Of a stretch of DNA of 64,000 bases, positions 1-11,090 are shown in pieces; within the stretch, counting starts at the first letter, position 1, and each line of letters begins with the position of its first letter. The stretch spans positions 11,904,001 through 11,968,000 of the forward strand of contig NC_043023.1 of NCBI RefSeq assembly GCF_006345805.1, in the 5' to 3' direction. The notes under the pieces are model-generated. The model searched no databases, was not told the origin of the DNA, and saw only the letters and a program-made list of their open reading frames with translations. This DNA is from Octopus sinensis (lineage: Eukaryota). Made by a program: the position numbers and the translations under genes.

Positions 1-490
1 TAATAATTACACCACTTAACACTCATTTTAACAATTAATTTCCTTTATATCACATGCAACAGCAGTTCATAGGTTTTCCTAAGCAACAAATCAACATTTC
101 GGTTTGGAATTTATTATTTAAGACACCGAAATATATTTTCCCAATTTGTTATGTTTTAACATAAAGAGGGTCACATAATCCTATTATTTACATTATTATT
201 AGTAGTATTAACACAATTATAGCCTTCAAGTAAATATTTCTCAACTTATCGTATTCAGATTTGAACAAACGAGTAAGTGATCGCTAATTAAGCACCTTAA
301 TTAACGTTTAACTCGGAGCTTGTAAGAAAGTTTTGTAGAAGTTACTTCCCTTCATAACATTGTATTTCTTTAATTCTCCAATAGATGGCTTCACTGACTG
401 GTTGATTTCGTTCCAGTGATTTTCTATCAACCACTTCACCTTCAAGAATTTTTCAAATTTACACCAGATTGTTTTAACAAAGAGTACTCA
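1..490 (-). promoter_or_regulatory. A-type ZNF promoter, non-coding exon 1 and start of intron 1 of a paralog lying left of the window
   Basis: Colinear similarity to 4920-5310 and 62290-62770, including CCAATAGATGGC (378-389). The donor position reads ATAAGT on the minus strand (249-244) instead of GTAAGT. Confidence 0.6.
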
Positions 491-690
491 GGCGATCCTT
501 CGGTATAGGTACATGCGTGACTTTGTTTGCATTTCTGAAAATAACAGAAACACTTTTCTCCCACCCCCCATATATAAAAAAACCCACTTTCTTGAAATGT
601 ATCCGGTACTTATACCGAAGTTACGCCGAGTACTCATGTATTCTCCTCTATGACCATTTTCAGTATACGACTTGACCCCGTCACAGATAC

Positions 691-917
691 CTATTTCTTT
701 ATTACCCACAAGGGGCTAAACGTAGAGGGGACAAACAAGGACAGACATAGGTATTAAGTCGATTACATCGACCCCAGTGCGTAACTGGTACTTAATTTAT
801 CGACCCCGAAAGGATGAAAGGTAAAGTCGACCTCGGCGGAATTTGAACTCAGAATGTAACGGCAGACGAAATACCGCTAAGCATTTCACCCGACGTGATA
901 ACGTTTCTGCCAGCTGT
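691..917 (-). mobile_element. SINE family 1 (tRNA-like head, GTCGACTTTGCCTTTCATCCTTTCGGGGTCGAT core)
   Basis: Near-identical copies throughout the window. The core resembles the Meta-type SINE central domain, but the family assignment is not verified. Confidence 0.8.
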
Positions 918-1479
918 GAGAAGGAATCTGTCTTCAACGTGTGACCACTTGACGTGTCGTCATGCCGTCGCACTTCCGGTCCCTCTTTGACCGCGTTTCC
1001 TCTGTCCTTCCCCAACACTCGAAACCGATCGAAAGCATTCTGCTTCTCTAGACCGTTTCGTAATCATCCATTCTGTGGTGGGAGGGGCGACATTCCCTTT
1101 GATATCTCCTTCAGGTCATCAAAAGTGTTACTCACCCTTCGAACATATGACGCTGCCTTCCACCCATTGATACATGGGAGTACTGATCGGGGTCATTCTT
1201 ACTATTTCTCAGTGTATAGCTTTCTTAAGCTATACACAAAAATAATCAGGAGAAAAAGTTTGTTTGTGTGTTGTTTACTTCTTTTCAATCAGCTATACAC
1301 TGTAAAGACAAATACCATCAGTCATTTAAACAAGGGGTTTTACCACCATATTTTAACTATGGACCCCTTTGAGTAGTATTCTATTCTGGTGGACACCCAT
1401 AGCCATTTGATGTTTAAAAACTAGTTTCATACTTACTTTCAAAATTCCTATTTAGCTTTTCACAAATTAACAGATGTAG

Positions 1480-1900
1480 GTTCCCTAAAATGTGTAAAAT
1501 GTTTGAGAAAGAAACCAAATTGTATCTGGCAATACATACCAATACACAACATCTAAAGCAAATCTTTTATGAAGGCTCTTAAGATACAATTGTGCTTTCC
1601 CATTTGTCTACAGCCAGAAATTTTACACCATGGAAGTGGATCCAGGCAATGACTTTCCCAACATGTCAAATCAAACTCAAGAGACTTTATTGATTGCTTC
1701 AGCTAATCCTTATACCTAAGGACAGGTCTTCCCCTGCCATGATATCCCTCCATTTTTTGGCCATAAAGAAGAATTTTTTTTAATGCAGCCATTTTTCATT
1801 TGAAAAACGTCCTAACCATCTGCACTGAATTCTCATCAACACACTTTGGATGCTGGACATACCACATATTTCTAAGGTTTTGACATTTGATGTCTTATCT
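1480..1900 (-). mobile_element. Degenerate RTE-type LINE C-terminal fragment
   Basis: Minus-strand translation contains KILLYGQKMEGYHGRGRPVLRYKD*LKQSIKSLEFDLTCWE, matching the RTE 'LLYG..G.R.RGRP.LRYKD' motif. Confidence 0.55.
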
Positions 1901-2580
1901 TCCTATTTTGTTGCACAAACAGCACATGTGGAAAGTTTCAAGATTTTTTTATTTCCCTGTAAAAGGGAGTCCATGCTTCTGCCCCATACATGAATACACT
2001 CAAAATACCAGATTTGTATACACTTATTTTAGTCATCAGACTGTCACTGTTCACAAAAACACACACACATATCAAATTAAATACATAACCGAGAGAGCTA
2101 CTACTAGTTTCAGGCAGTTATGATACATGAACAGGCATATTTATAAAATACACCATGTATCTTAAGGGCATACAGCCAAAGAAAGCAAGCCAAATCTGAC
2201 TGGAATCTGGAACAGCACTCTGGCTTGACAGCCCTTGTAACACTTTCCCACCTGATCCTGCATAGAAAAATTTAAAGGATGATGATGAAGAAAGCACAAC
2301 AAAGACAAAATTAATGTCACTTAAAAATTTTATTCCTTTATTCTCTTATAACAAATTCCTCAAAAATTCAGCACAATCATCTTCAGAAATCAAAGTGACC
2401 GCTGTGTTGATATATTTAGATACATACATGATATTGAAGTTGGGGTTCGTTAATATTAAATTGCTAATGATGAAATTAAAGTTGATGAGGTCAAACTTGA
2501 ATAGGAATAAATCCAGTCTTTTAACAGACAAAATATTCGTAATTGTTGTCCTATTATAATAAATCTTGATACAGATACAG

Positions 2581-3795
2581 TTACACTTGTGTATGAATAT
2601 TCACATGTGTACTTAAGTGGCCTTTTTGAGAGAATGACTCACCACAGATATCACAGTGATATGGTTTTTCACCTGTATGAATACGTCTGTGATTAGTTAA
2701 ACTGCTATTTTGAGAAAACGATTTACCACAGATATTACAAAGATATGGCTTCTCTCCTGTATGAATACGTCTGTGATTATCTAAAGTCTTGTTGTGAGAA
2801 AATGATTTACCACAAATATCACACTGATATGGGTTTTCTTGAGTATGAATAAGCGTGTGACTAATCAAATAGCTATTTGAAGAGAATGATTTACCACAGA
2901 TATTACAATGATTCGGCTTCTCACCTGTATGACTACGTTTGTGTTTAATATCTCTTGTATGAATACGTTTGTGTTTAATAAAGTCACTACTTCCAGAAAA
3001 TGATTTACCACAGATATCACAATGATATGGCTTCTCTCCTGTATGAATACGTATGTGTATAATCAAGTCACTACTTCCAGAAAATGATTTACCACAGATA
3101 TTACAATGATATGGCTTCTCTCCTGTATGAGTACGTTTATGTTTAGGCAAGTCACCACTTTGAGAAAACGATTTACCACAGATATCACACTGATATGGTT
3201 TTTCTCCAGTATGAATACGTTTGTGACGAGTCACAGTGTCAGTTCTGGAAAATGATTTACCGCAGGTATCACACATGTATGGTTTTACTCCAGTGTGAAT
3301 ACGTATGTGATTAGTCAATTGACAATGTTGGGGAAATGATTTACCACAGATATTACACTGATATGGTTTCTCTCCTGTATGAATACGTTTGTGCGTTGTC
3401 AAGTTACCACAATGAGAAAAAGATTTACCACAGATATCACACCGATATGGTTTTTCTCCTGTATGTGTAGCTTTGTGTTTAGTTAAGGTATCATTTCGAG
3501 AGAAAAATTTACCACAGATATTACAATGATATGGCTTCTCTCCTGTATGACATGGCTTTTCCCCAGTATGAATACATTTGTGACAAGTCAAAGAACCTCT
3601 TCGAGAGAATGATTTACCACAGACATCACAGTGATGTGGTTTCTCTCCTGTATCAATGCACTTGTGTTTAGCTAGGACTCTTTCTTCAGTGAATGAATTA
3701 CCACAGATATCACAGTGATATGGCTCTCTTACTTCAGGGATTTTTCGTTTAGTAAACTGATTCATTACAAGAGAATAGTTTTTCATACATATCAC
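2581..3795 (-). CDS. C2H2 zinc-finger protein A (13 fingers, no effector domain); likely start ATG at 3765
   Basis: 404-aa ORF of CxxC-HxxxH repeats with TGEKP linkers. The MNQFTKRKIPEVREP leader aligns with the [16 protein letters not shown] leader of gene E. Confidence 0.9.
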   Translation of the reverse strand: MICMKNYSLVMNQFTKRKIPEVREPYHCDICGNSFTEERVLAKHKCIDTGEKPHHCDVCGKSFSRRGSLTCHKCIHTGEKPCHTGEKPYHCNICGKFFSRNDTLTKHKATHTGEKPYRCDICGKSFSHCGNLTTHKRIHTGEKPYQCNICGKSFPQHCQLTNHIRIHTGVKPYMCDTCGKSFSRTDTVTRHKRIHTGEKPYQCDICGKSFSQSGDLPKHKRTHTGEKPYHCNICGKSFSGSSDLIIHIRIHTGEKPYHCDICGKSFSGSSDFIKHKRIHTRDIKHKRSHTGEKPNHCNICGKSFSSNSYLISHTLIHTQENPYQCDICGKSFSHNKTLDNHRRIHTGEKPYLCNICGKSFSQNSSLTNHRRIHTGEKPYHCDICGESFSQKGHLSTHVNIHTQV

Positions 3796-4204
3796 AATGA
3801 TAGTGTTTTTTTCATTTCCATGAATATGGTTGTGTTCAGTTGTGTCACTATTTTCAGAGAATAATTTAATGCAACAATTCTTTCATCTGTGATCTTACTG
3901 AATATCTAAAACACAAGATGTAAACTGCTAACTCATTTGAAAAGTTATCAACGCTTAATTAATCTGTAAATTGATTATCTCCTCGACATTCCAGGCAGTG
4001 AAGGCAAAAAAATATTGTTGTTAATTGCATTGTCCAGAAGAAATATTTCCCCATCGTTTGATGAAGATTTTATTCATATAAAGGGGTTGAAGTATTGATG
4101 AACGTGCCTTATAAAAATATGGTCTTAATCCATGAAAGTCAATAAAAATACCAGAGGTACATCTGAATGAAGAAATTTCTTTCATGTCAACATGAAGTGA
4201 TATA

Positions 4205-5173
4205 CTGAAATAGAAAAAGAAGCAGTAAGGCAAAGAAGACCATGAAAGTATGAAAGGCAAAGTCGACGTAGGCGGAATTTGAACTCAGAACGTAAAGACA
4301 CACGAAATACCGTCCGAACGTTTCTTATTTCTTTACTGCCCACAAGGGGCAAAACACAGAGGGGACAAACAAGCGGATTAAGTCGATTATATTGACCCCA
4401 GTGCGTAACTGGTACTTAATTTATCGACTCCGAAAAGACGAAAGGCAAAGTCAACCTCGGCGGAATTTGAACTCAGAGCGTAACGGGAGGCGAAATACAG
4501 CTAAGCACTTCGCCCAGCGTGCTAACGTTGCTGCCAGCTTGGCGCCTTTAAAGTACTGAAGATTGATATCATCATCATCACCATTATTATTTAATGCACC
4601 CGAAACGAATGAAAGTCGAAGTCGACCTCAGCGGAAAGTCCTGAATTCAAATACGGCCGAGGTCGACTTCGCCTTTCATCCCTTTCGGGAAATACTGAGT
4701 TCTATGTATTCGACTGGCAAAATTTGAAACGATCATCATCATTACTATTATTAGTATAACCTTAGAAGAAATCCTCGCCAACTTACCGATTAATCAGTGC
4801 CTCATAAACAACAGGCCAACGTTTATTAATGTGACAGCCTTCATCACATTAACCATAGTAAAATGATAGTCCTCTCATTTTACTAATTAATTATGCTACA
4901 TTACTCTGGATATTACTAATTAATTATACCACAACACTCTCATTTTACTAATTAATTTACTTTATATCACATGTAACAGTTGATAAAAGGTTTTCATAAA
5001 CAACAAATTAACATTTCACTTCGGAAATTATTTAAGACGAGCAAATACATTTCCCTATTGTTATGCCTTCCAAATAATTACTGTAACATCGAGAGGGTCA
5101 CATAATTCTATAATTTACATTATTATTATTATTATTATCATTACAGCCTAACAGAAAATCTTTGTCAACTTAC
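4205..5173 (-). other. Putative intron 1 of ZNF A (5' UTR intron)
   Basis: Minus-strand donor GTAAGT at 5173-5168 and acceptor CTTTTTCTATTTCAG ending at 4205. Equivalent sites are present in gene E, and the acceptor in gene D. Confidence 0.65.
4249..4700. mobile_element. Cluster of SINE family 1 copies and fragments in intron 1 of ZNF A
   Basis: Repeated GAACTCAGAACGT and GTCGACCTCGGCGGAATTT motifs in both orientations. Confidence 0.75.
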
Positions 5174-5310
5174 CGTATTCAGATACAAACGAGTCAGTGA
5201 TCAGTAATTAAGCACCTTAATTAATAATTTAATTGGACGTCGCTTTAAGTGTTGTAAAAGTTATCTCCCTCTATATGGTTGTATTTCTTTAATTCTCCAA
5301 TAGATGGCGT
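5174..5310 (-). promoter_or_regulatory. Non-coding exon 1 and promoter of ZNF A, with CCAATAGATGGCG (5297-5309)
   Basis: Conserved in three paralogous copies and directly upstream of a canonical donor. Confidence 0.55.
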
Positions 5311-6034
5311 TCTGGAATGGAGAGGTTATTTGGCCCTGGCCTCTGTATTTTTTGTAGGCATTCTCTTTCCTGGATGACCTCTTGTCGTTTATCCGCAGTT
5401 ACTCACAAGTTCTGTGCTGGTACGGCCATCACCTAATGGTCACCGACTGTAGAGGGATCCAGCATGAGACTTCCAGTAATATCCTTTACCTGTCTTATCA
5501 CTTTCACTCTCCTTTTGATTTTCACAACTTGAAGCTCTGCCGTATTGAATGAATAAATGTAAGTTGTCAGAAACCCCAAACAGAAATATTTGATTCGAGT
5601 GTTGAAGGCTTGTGTAGAACCAGCCACACATTTTGGAAGTGATGATAGCAAGAATATGCTCACAATACTAAAAACAACACAACTCAGGTTTTTTCTTTAA
5701 AGGTTTTCATCTCCTAGACAAGCCCCTATAAGCAAGCTGGAGAGCCTAGTCTACCTTATGAGTCAGGATTGTACTGAGAGTACAGCCCTGTTAAGGAGAC
5801 CCTCACAACCAAAGACCTGGTTTATATAAGTTTCCCTCTCCTAAATAATATACCTTCACCAAGGTTAAGGAGTCCCATCTGCCCCCTAATATATGGAATT
5901 AAATACCTTCACTTTATTTTATAAAAATAGAAGGTAAAATGGTATGTGCCTCTACACATATTAATGGATGGCCGTTGACTACTCATGAGTAATTTATATA
6001 TATATATCCTGTGCAGGTGGCAAGTAAAGAAACA

Positions 6035-6510
6035 CCGTTTTGACCCTGTGCTTGAGGAGATCCATTGAGTCAAGGACACCAACATCAAAGATCAATGGAA
6101 ACTGCAGTTGTGAAAGCTGTGCTGGTGGCACAAAAAAGACTACCATCCGAACATGACCGATGCCAGCTCCGCCTAGACTGGCTTCTGTGCTGGTAGCACA
6201 TAAAGAGCACCGTCTGAACGTGGCCGATGACAGCGCCACCTTGACTGGCTTCCATGCCGGTGGCACATAAAAAGCACCAACGCGATCGTGGCCGTTGCCA
6301 GCCTTGCTTGGCACATGTACCGGTGGCACGTAAAAAGCACCCACTACATTCTCGGAGTGGTTGGCGTTAGGAAGGGCATCCAGCTGTAGAAACACTGCCA
6401 GATCAGACTGGAGCCTGGTGCAGCCATCTGGCTTCCCAGGCCCCGGTCGAACCGTCCAACCCATGCTAGCATGGAGAACGGGCGTTAAACGATGATGATG
6501 ATGATGTATA
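6035..6510 (+). mobile_element. 3' UTR fragment of the RTE LINE with a few GGTGGCACGTAAAAAGCA repeat units and an (ATG)n tail
   Basis: Matches the 3' UTR that follows the RT stop at 26050-26430 and at 48960-51010. Confidence 0.75.
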
Positions 6511-6864
6511 CATACATATATATATAGGTGAGGGTCCAACTTGACCTTGCCTGAGATTGAAACCAAATCCACTGGCTTGTTGCTTGTCAAAACGAGCGGG
6601 ATATCCACAACACTAGTTGATTGATGAGGAAACACTCCACACCCTACTGGTCAAGGAAAGGTCAGACCTTTGTTTAAGGTTTGACCTACATTACTAAACA
6701 TAGCCTATATAACAGAGAGAATTTTCTATCTCTTCCTCTTATGCGTCTCCCGATCCGCTAGAAATAGCGGGTTAGATAACTAAACAGTGAACCTTAGTTT
6801 ACGAATTTTCATCTTTCCTGAAGACCTTTTCTCATCTGAAATATTCGTGAACCGAAAGAGTTTT

Positions 6865-7030
6865 CTCAGTGTGGCTGTGGGGTAAGAATCTTGCTTCACA
6901 TCCATATATGTCATGTACAACAGCCTAGGGCCAACGAAAGCTTTGTTAGTGGATTTCGTAGACGGAAACTGAAAGAAGCCCGTAGTGTGTGTATTTGTGT
7001 CATTGTTTGTGCCCCACCATCGCTTGACAA
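6865..7030 (+). mobile_element. SINE family 2 fragment
   Basis: Contains GTGGATTTCGTAGACGGAAACTGAAAGAAGCCCG, shared with 23123-23510. Confidence 0.6.
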
Positions 7031-7594
7031 TCTGTAATGGTTACGGTGTATTGGAATATGGTGAGGTGAACGGATGTGATTAGGCATGTGGATGCCTTCG
7101 AAATAAACAAATGAACGACGTAGATTTATAGTTTAAATAATTTATTTACGGGACTTGCATTCGCTGTTGATATACACAGTTTTTCACTACATTAATTTGT
7201 TGTCAACTGCTATGAGTTGAGAGGAATAAAAGCATTGTACATTTGTGGATATGATGCGGTAGAACTGAATATGTTTTGTGTCTGTGTGTGCGTCGTTTAT
7301 CTGAGAAAGTTGTAGGCTATCTCGTGTCCCGATCCTTTCTGCCTGTCCCTTTGCTGACCACAGTATTTATAACAGCCATGGCAGTTACAAAGACAGACAT
7401 GCTGCAGGAGAGATTGTGTCTAAATAGGTCAGCTTCTGTCCATTTGAACTTCGCCTGACATGGCCGAGGTCATAGGTCTAAGGGAGATGATTTATCCTTT
7501 TTTGACAGGACAAAGAAAATTCCTTTGGCGCCTATTGGTTGGTGGTGGCTCAGACGAGCGAGAATCCTTAGTTTTGGTTTCGAATCTAAGCTTG

Positions 7595-7790
7595 GTGATA
7601 ATGTCTTCACAATCAACCTTGTCCCATCACATAATTTAGGAGGATCTAAATTTTTTGGAAGCATTATTGGGACTCCTATCTTCGGAAAAAGTTTCTGTGG
7701 TGGAATTCCAGGTGGCTCCAGAGAATTAATGAACTCAGTTGGGTAATGGACAGCTTGGAGATGAAAATGATGATGATGTCAAGGATGTGT
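7595..7790 (-). mobile_element. Helitron PIF1-like helicase fragment fused to the ZNF B stop codon, truncated on the left
   Basis: Encodes AVHYPTEFINSLEPPGIPPQKLFPKIGVPIMLPKNLDPPKLCDGTRLIVKTLSP, a typical Helitron helicase motif string. Near-identical to 14910-15105. Confidence 0.85.
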
Positions 7791-9203
7791 TTCCTCACCT
7801 GTATGGATGAGTTTGTGTTTAATTAAAGTATCATTCAGAGCAAATGATCTACCACAGATATCACACTGATATGGTTTCTCACCTGTATGCAAACGTACGT
7901 GAGTAGCTAAGCTACCTTTTTCAGTGAATGACTTTCCACAGATATCACACTGATATGGTTTCTCACCTGTGTGAATGCGTTTGTGTTTAGTTAAGCTACC
8001 TTTCTGAGTGAATGATTTACCACAGATATCACAGTAATAAGGTTTCTCACCTGTATGCAGACGTTTGTGAGCAGTTAAGCTACCTTTTTCAGTGAATGAC
8101 TTTCCACAGATATCGCAGTGATATGGTTTCTTACCTGTATGAATGCGTTTGTGAATAGTTAAGCTACCTTTTTGAGTGAATGATTTACCACAGATATCAC
8201 ACTGATATGGTCTCTCATCTGTATGAATGCGTTTGTGTGTGGTTAATGCATTGCTCAGAGCAAATGATTTACCACAGATATCACAGTGATATGGTTCCTC
8301 ACCTGTATGCAGATGTTTGTGAGTAGTTAAGGAAGCTTTTTGAGAGAATGACATACCACAGATATCACATTGATATGGCTTCTCTCCTGTGTGAATGCGA
8401 GTATGTTTAGTTAAGTCATTACTTCCAGGGAATGATTTACCACAGACCTCACAGTGATATGGTTTCTCATCTGTATGCAGACGTTTGTGAATAGTTAAGC
8501 TACCTTTTTGAGTGAATGATTTACCACAGATATCACATTGATATGGCTTCTCTCCTGTGTGAATGAGTTTGTGTGTGGTTAATGCTTTGTTCAGAGAAAA
8601 TGATGTACCACAGATATCACAGTGATATGGTTTCATACCTGTATGAATACGTGTATGAGTAATTAAGCTACCTTTTTCAGTGAATGACTTTTCACAGATA
8701 TCACAGTGATATGGCTTCTCTCCTGTGTGAATACGTTTGTGTTTAGTTAAATTAGTACTTACAGAGAATGATTTACCACAGATATCACAGTGATATGGTT
8801 TTTCACTTGTATGCAGACGTGTATGAGCAGTTAAGCTACTTTTTTGAGAGAATGACTTACCACAGATATCACAGCGATATGGTTTATCACCTGAATGAAT
8901 GCGTTTGTGAATACTTAATACTAAGTTTCGAGCAAACGATCTACCACAGATATCACAGTGATAAGGTTTCTCACCTGAATGAATACGTGTGTGAGTAGTT
9001 AAGTTACATTTTTGAGAGAATGTTTTACCACAGATGTCGCAGTGATATGGCTTCTCACCAGTAGAAATGCATTTATGAGTAGTTAGGTTCCCTCTCTGAG
9101 AGAAAGACTTTTTGCAGATATCACAATGGTATGATAATTTTCCTCCTTCTTTCGTCATCTCTTCACGAAGTAAGATATCCTTTACATTTCTCACATAACT
9201 CAT
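7779..9203 (-). CDS. C2H2 zinc-finger protein B (16 fingers, no effector domain), intact ORF
   Basis: 474-aa ORF with leader [24 protein letters not shown]. Acceptor TTTCAG ends at 9555. Confidence 0.92.
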   Translation of the reverse strand: MSYVRNVKDILLREEMTKEGGKLSYHCDICKKSFSQRGNLTTHKCISTGEKPYHCDICGKTFSQKCNLTTHTRIHSGEKPYHCDICGRSFARNLVLSIHKRIHSGDKPYRCDICGKSFSQKSSLTAHTRLHTSEKPYHCDICGKSFSVSTNLTKHKRIHTGEKPYHCDICEKSFTEKGSLITHTRIHTGMKPYHCDICGTSFSLNKALTTHKLIHTGEKPYQCDICGKSFTQKGSLTIHKRLHTDEKPYHCEVCGKSFPGSNDLTKHTRIHTGEKPYQCDICGMSFSQKASLTTHKHLHTGEEPYHCDICGKSFALSNALTTHKRIHTDERPYQCDICGKSFTQKGSLTIHKRIHTGKKPYHCDICGKSFTEKGSLTAHKRLHTGEKPYYCDICGKSFTQKGSLTKHKRIHTGEKPYQCDICGKSFTEKGSLATHVRLHTGEKPYQCDICGRSFALNDTLIKHKLIHTGEETHP

Positions 9204-10950
9204 TGTTCTACAATGTTTCTGATACTACCACAATAAATAAATATTTTTCTTGTGTTTCTTTTTATATATATATGTTTCTGTTAACTTCAGTATCCGAAGG
9301 CCATAAATTTCCTTGTAAATGTATCCATGTTTAATTAGAATGTGAAATGTAAATATTTCAGGCAGTGAGGAAGTGAAATATTGCTATCAATCTCAGTCCA
9401 GAACAAAGTATTTCACAGTTATTGATTCATAGAGATATCATATAACATGTTTATATCTATTATTTATCACATCTTCCTTTAGTCTTTCAAAGATTATTAA
9501 TATTCTTGATGTATCTCAAGTAAAAATCCGTTCATGCCACAGACGTCTGATATTCTGAAATGATATAGAAACAATATACAATAGAGAAAATAGTTAAAAA
9601 GGAGAGATTCAATAATAGAAATGTTAGTATGTTTTCATAAGGATAAACTGTGGAAATAAATTTTTAGCTAAAGGGTTACTTTCTTTTGTTATTAAAATAG
9701 GATCTATTCCATCACAAAGTAAAAAAAAAATTTCAACTAAACAGTTTGAATCTTCAAATACTGGTAGAAAGAGGTATGTATACATTATAATTTTCGTAAC
9801 ATAATTTCTGTAGTATTTCAAGATGTTTCTGACACGCACTTTGGTTCACAAGGCGGAGATCCAACATTTCTTCACTTTTTCCGGAATTTCTTCTCTCTTT
9901 CTTTCTTTTTTTTTTTTGCGAAACACGTACAAAAATACGGAGTTTATGATTCTGTGAGTTCTCGATAATCGTTTAGAACAAGTTGTTTTACACCAATTAC
10001 ACTATATTTTTATTAGTTTAAAGGCCGTGGACTGAAGATGTGAATTATCCGAGTACTCTCCCCCACCCCCCTTTCGCGTGCGCGCGTTTTTTTTTTCATC
10101 ATATTCGTTTAGAGCAAGTTGTTTTACACCTATTACACTATTTTTTTTGTCTTTTTGACCGGGTTTAACGCTTTAGTTTAACCGATGAAAGTTCTCTGGT
10201 AAACGATTTCATGTAAATAGATGTTTATGTTGAATTTGCCGGCAAAATCTTATAAAACGACATTGTTCTAAAAGCACTCGTAAAGGTTTAGCCATATTCA
10301 TTATTCTGCTTGAAGATTGAGTTCGTTAAAAGTTGTGTATTGTTTTATAGTAGAGGCTATCACTAGCCACATGTTTGGTCGACCGTTTGTGTTACCAAAG
10401 AGGACCACAGTCGTATATACGTTCCGCTTTTAGCACCTGAGAACAATCAAGTCTGCAGCATCATAAAACACAATTTACCGACAGACATTCATATAGCCAA
10501 CAAAATGTCTCGCTCTTTTAACGGACCTGAGCAATAACTGCAATAGCAACAGTAAAACAAATTATTGTACCGGTTATCACTAACCACAAAGAGGTCGGCT
10601 CTTTGTGTGGTTAAACAGAACGACAATCAGAGTACAGTAATCTTTTTGGTTTTTCTATCATTATAAGTGAATTTTTGTTTTCCGATATAACGTATAAACA
10701 GAGGTATATCTTTCGGGTGCACTTGTCCAGATTTACCCGAATATACACGTAGCCAACGATCGCCGATACAAAGCGAAAGGGACCACGCAGAAACGGTTTG
10801 CGACATTCACCTGAGTTCACTAATTAACTATCATTTTATGTGACTGCTATAATCAATTAAACTCAATTAATTACGGTATATTTCGTACACATAAAAGAAG
10901 TAAGGCATTCGGAGGTGTCGACTTAACCGAAATGTATATTAATTACTTAC

Positions 10951-11090
10951 CTGGTGTTTTATATAAATCCGGGTTTAATGTGAAATGTCTTTAATTAAGC
11001 TTAAGAGACGTTTCAACGGATAAATTGAATTGTAAGACGATTGAAAAACCGACACGGTAAACAGCGAAACGAAATCAAGTCTGGAGATTG
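10951..11090 (-). other. Candidate non-coding exon 1 of ZNF B
   Basis: Minus-strand donor CAG|GTAAGT (intron starts at 10950). The segment is similar to 19601-19740 upstream of gene C. Confidence 0.4.

Noticed and set aside
5310-6760. Possible LTR-element remnants around the RTE UTR copy (purine tract near 5880, VVDIPLVLTSNKP peptide)
   Set aside because: No paired LTRs or recognisable gag/pol motif could be confirmed by eye.
8768-8998. Antisense and shifted-frame ORFs over ZNF arrays ([10 protein letters not shown]... and similar)
   Set aside because: They are shadows of the 84-bp finger periodicity.
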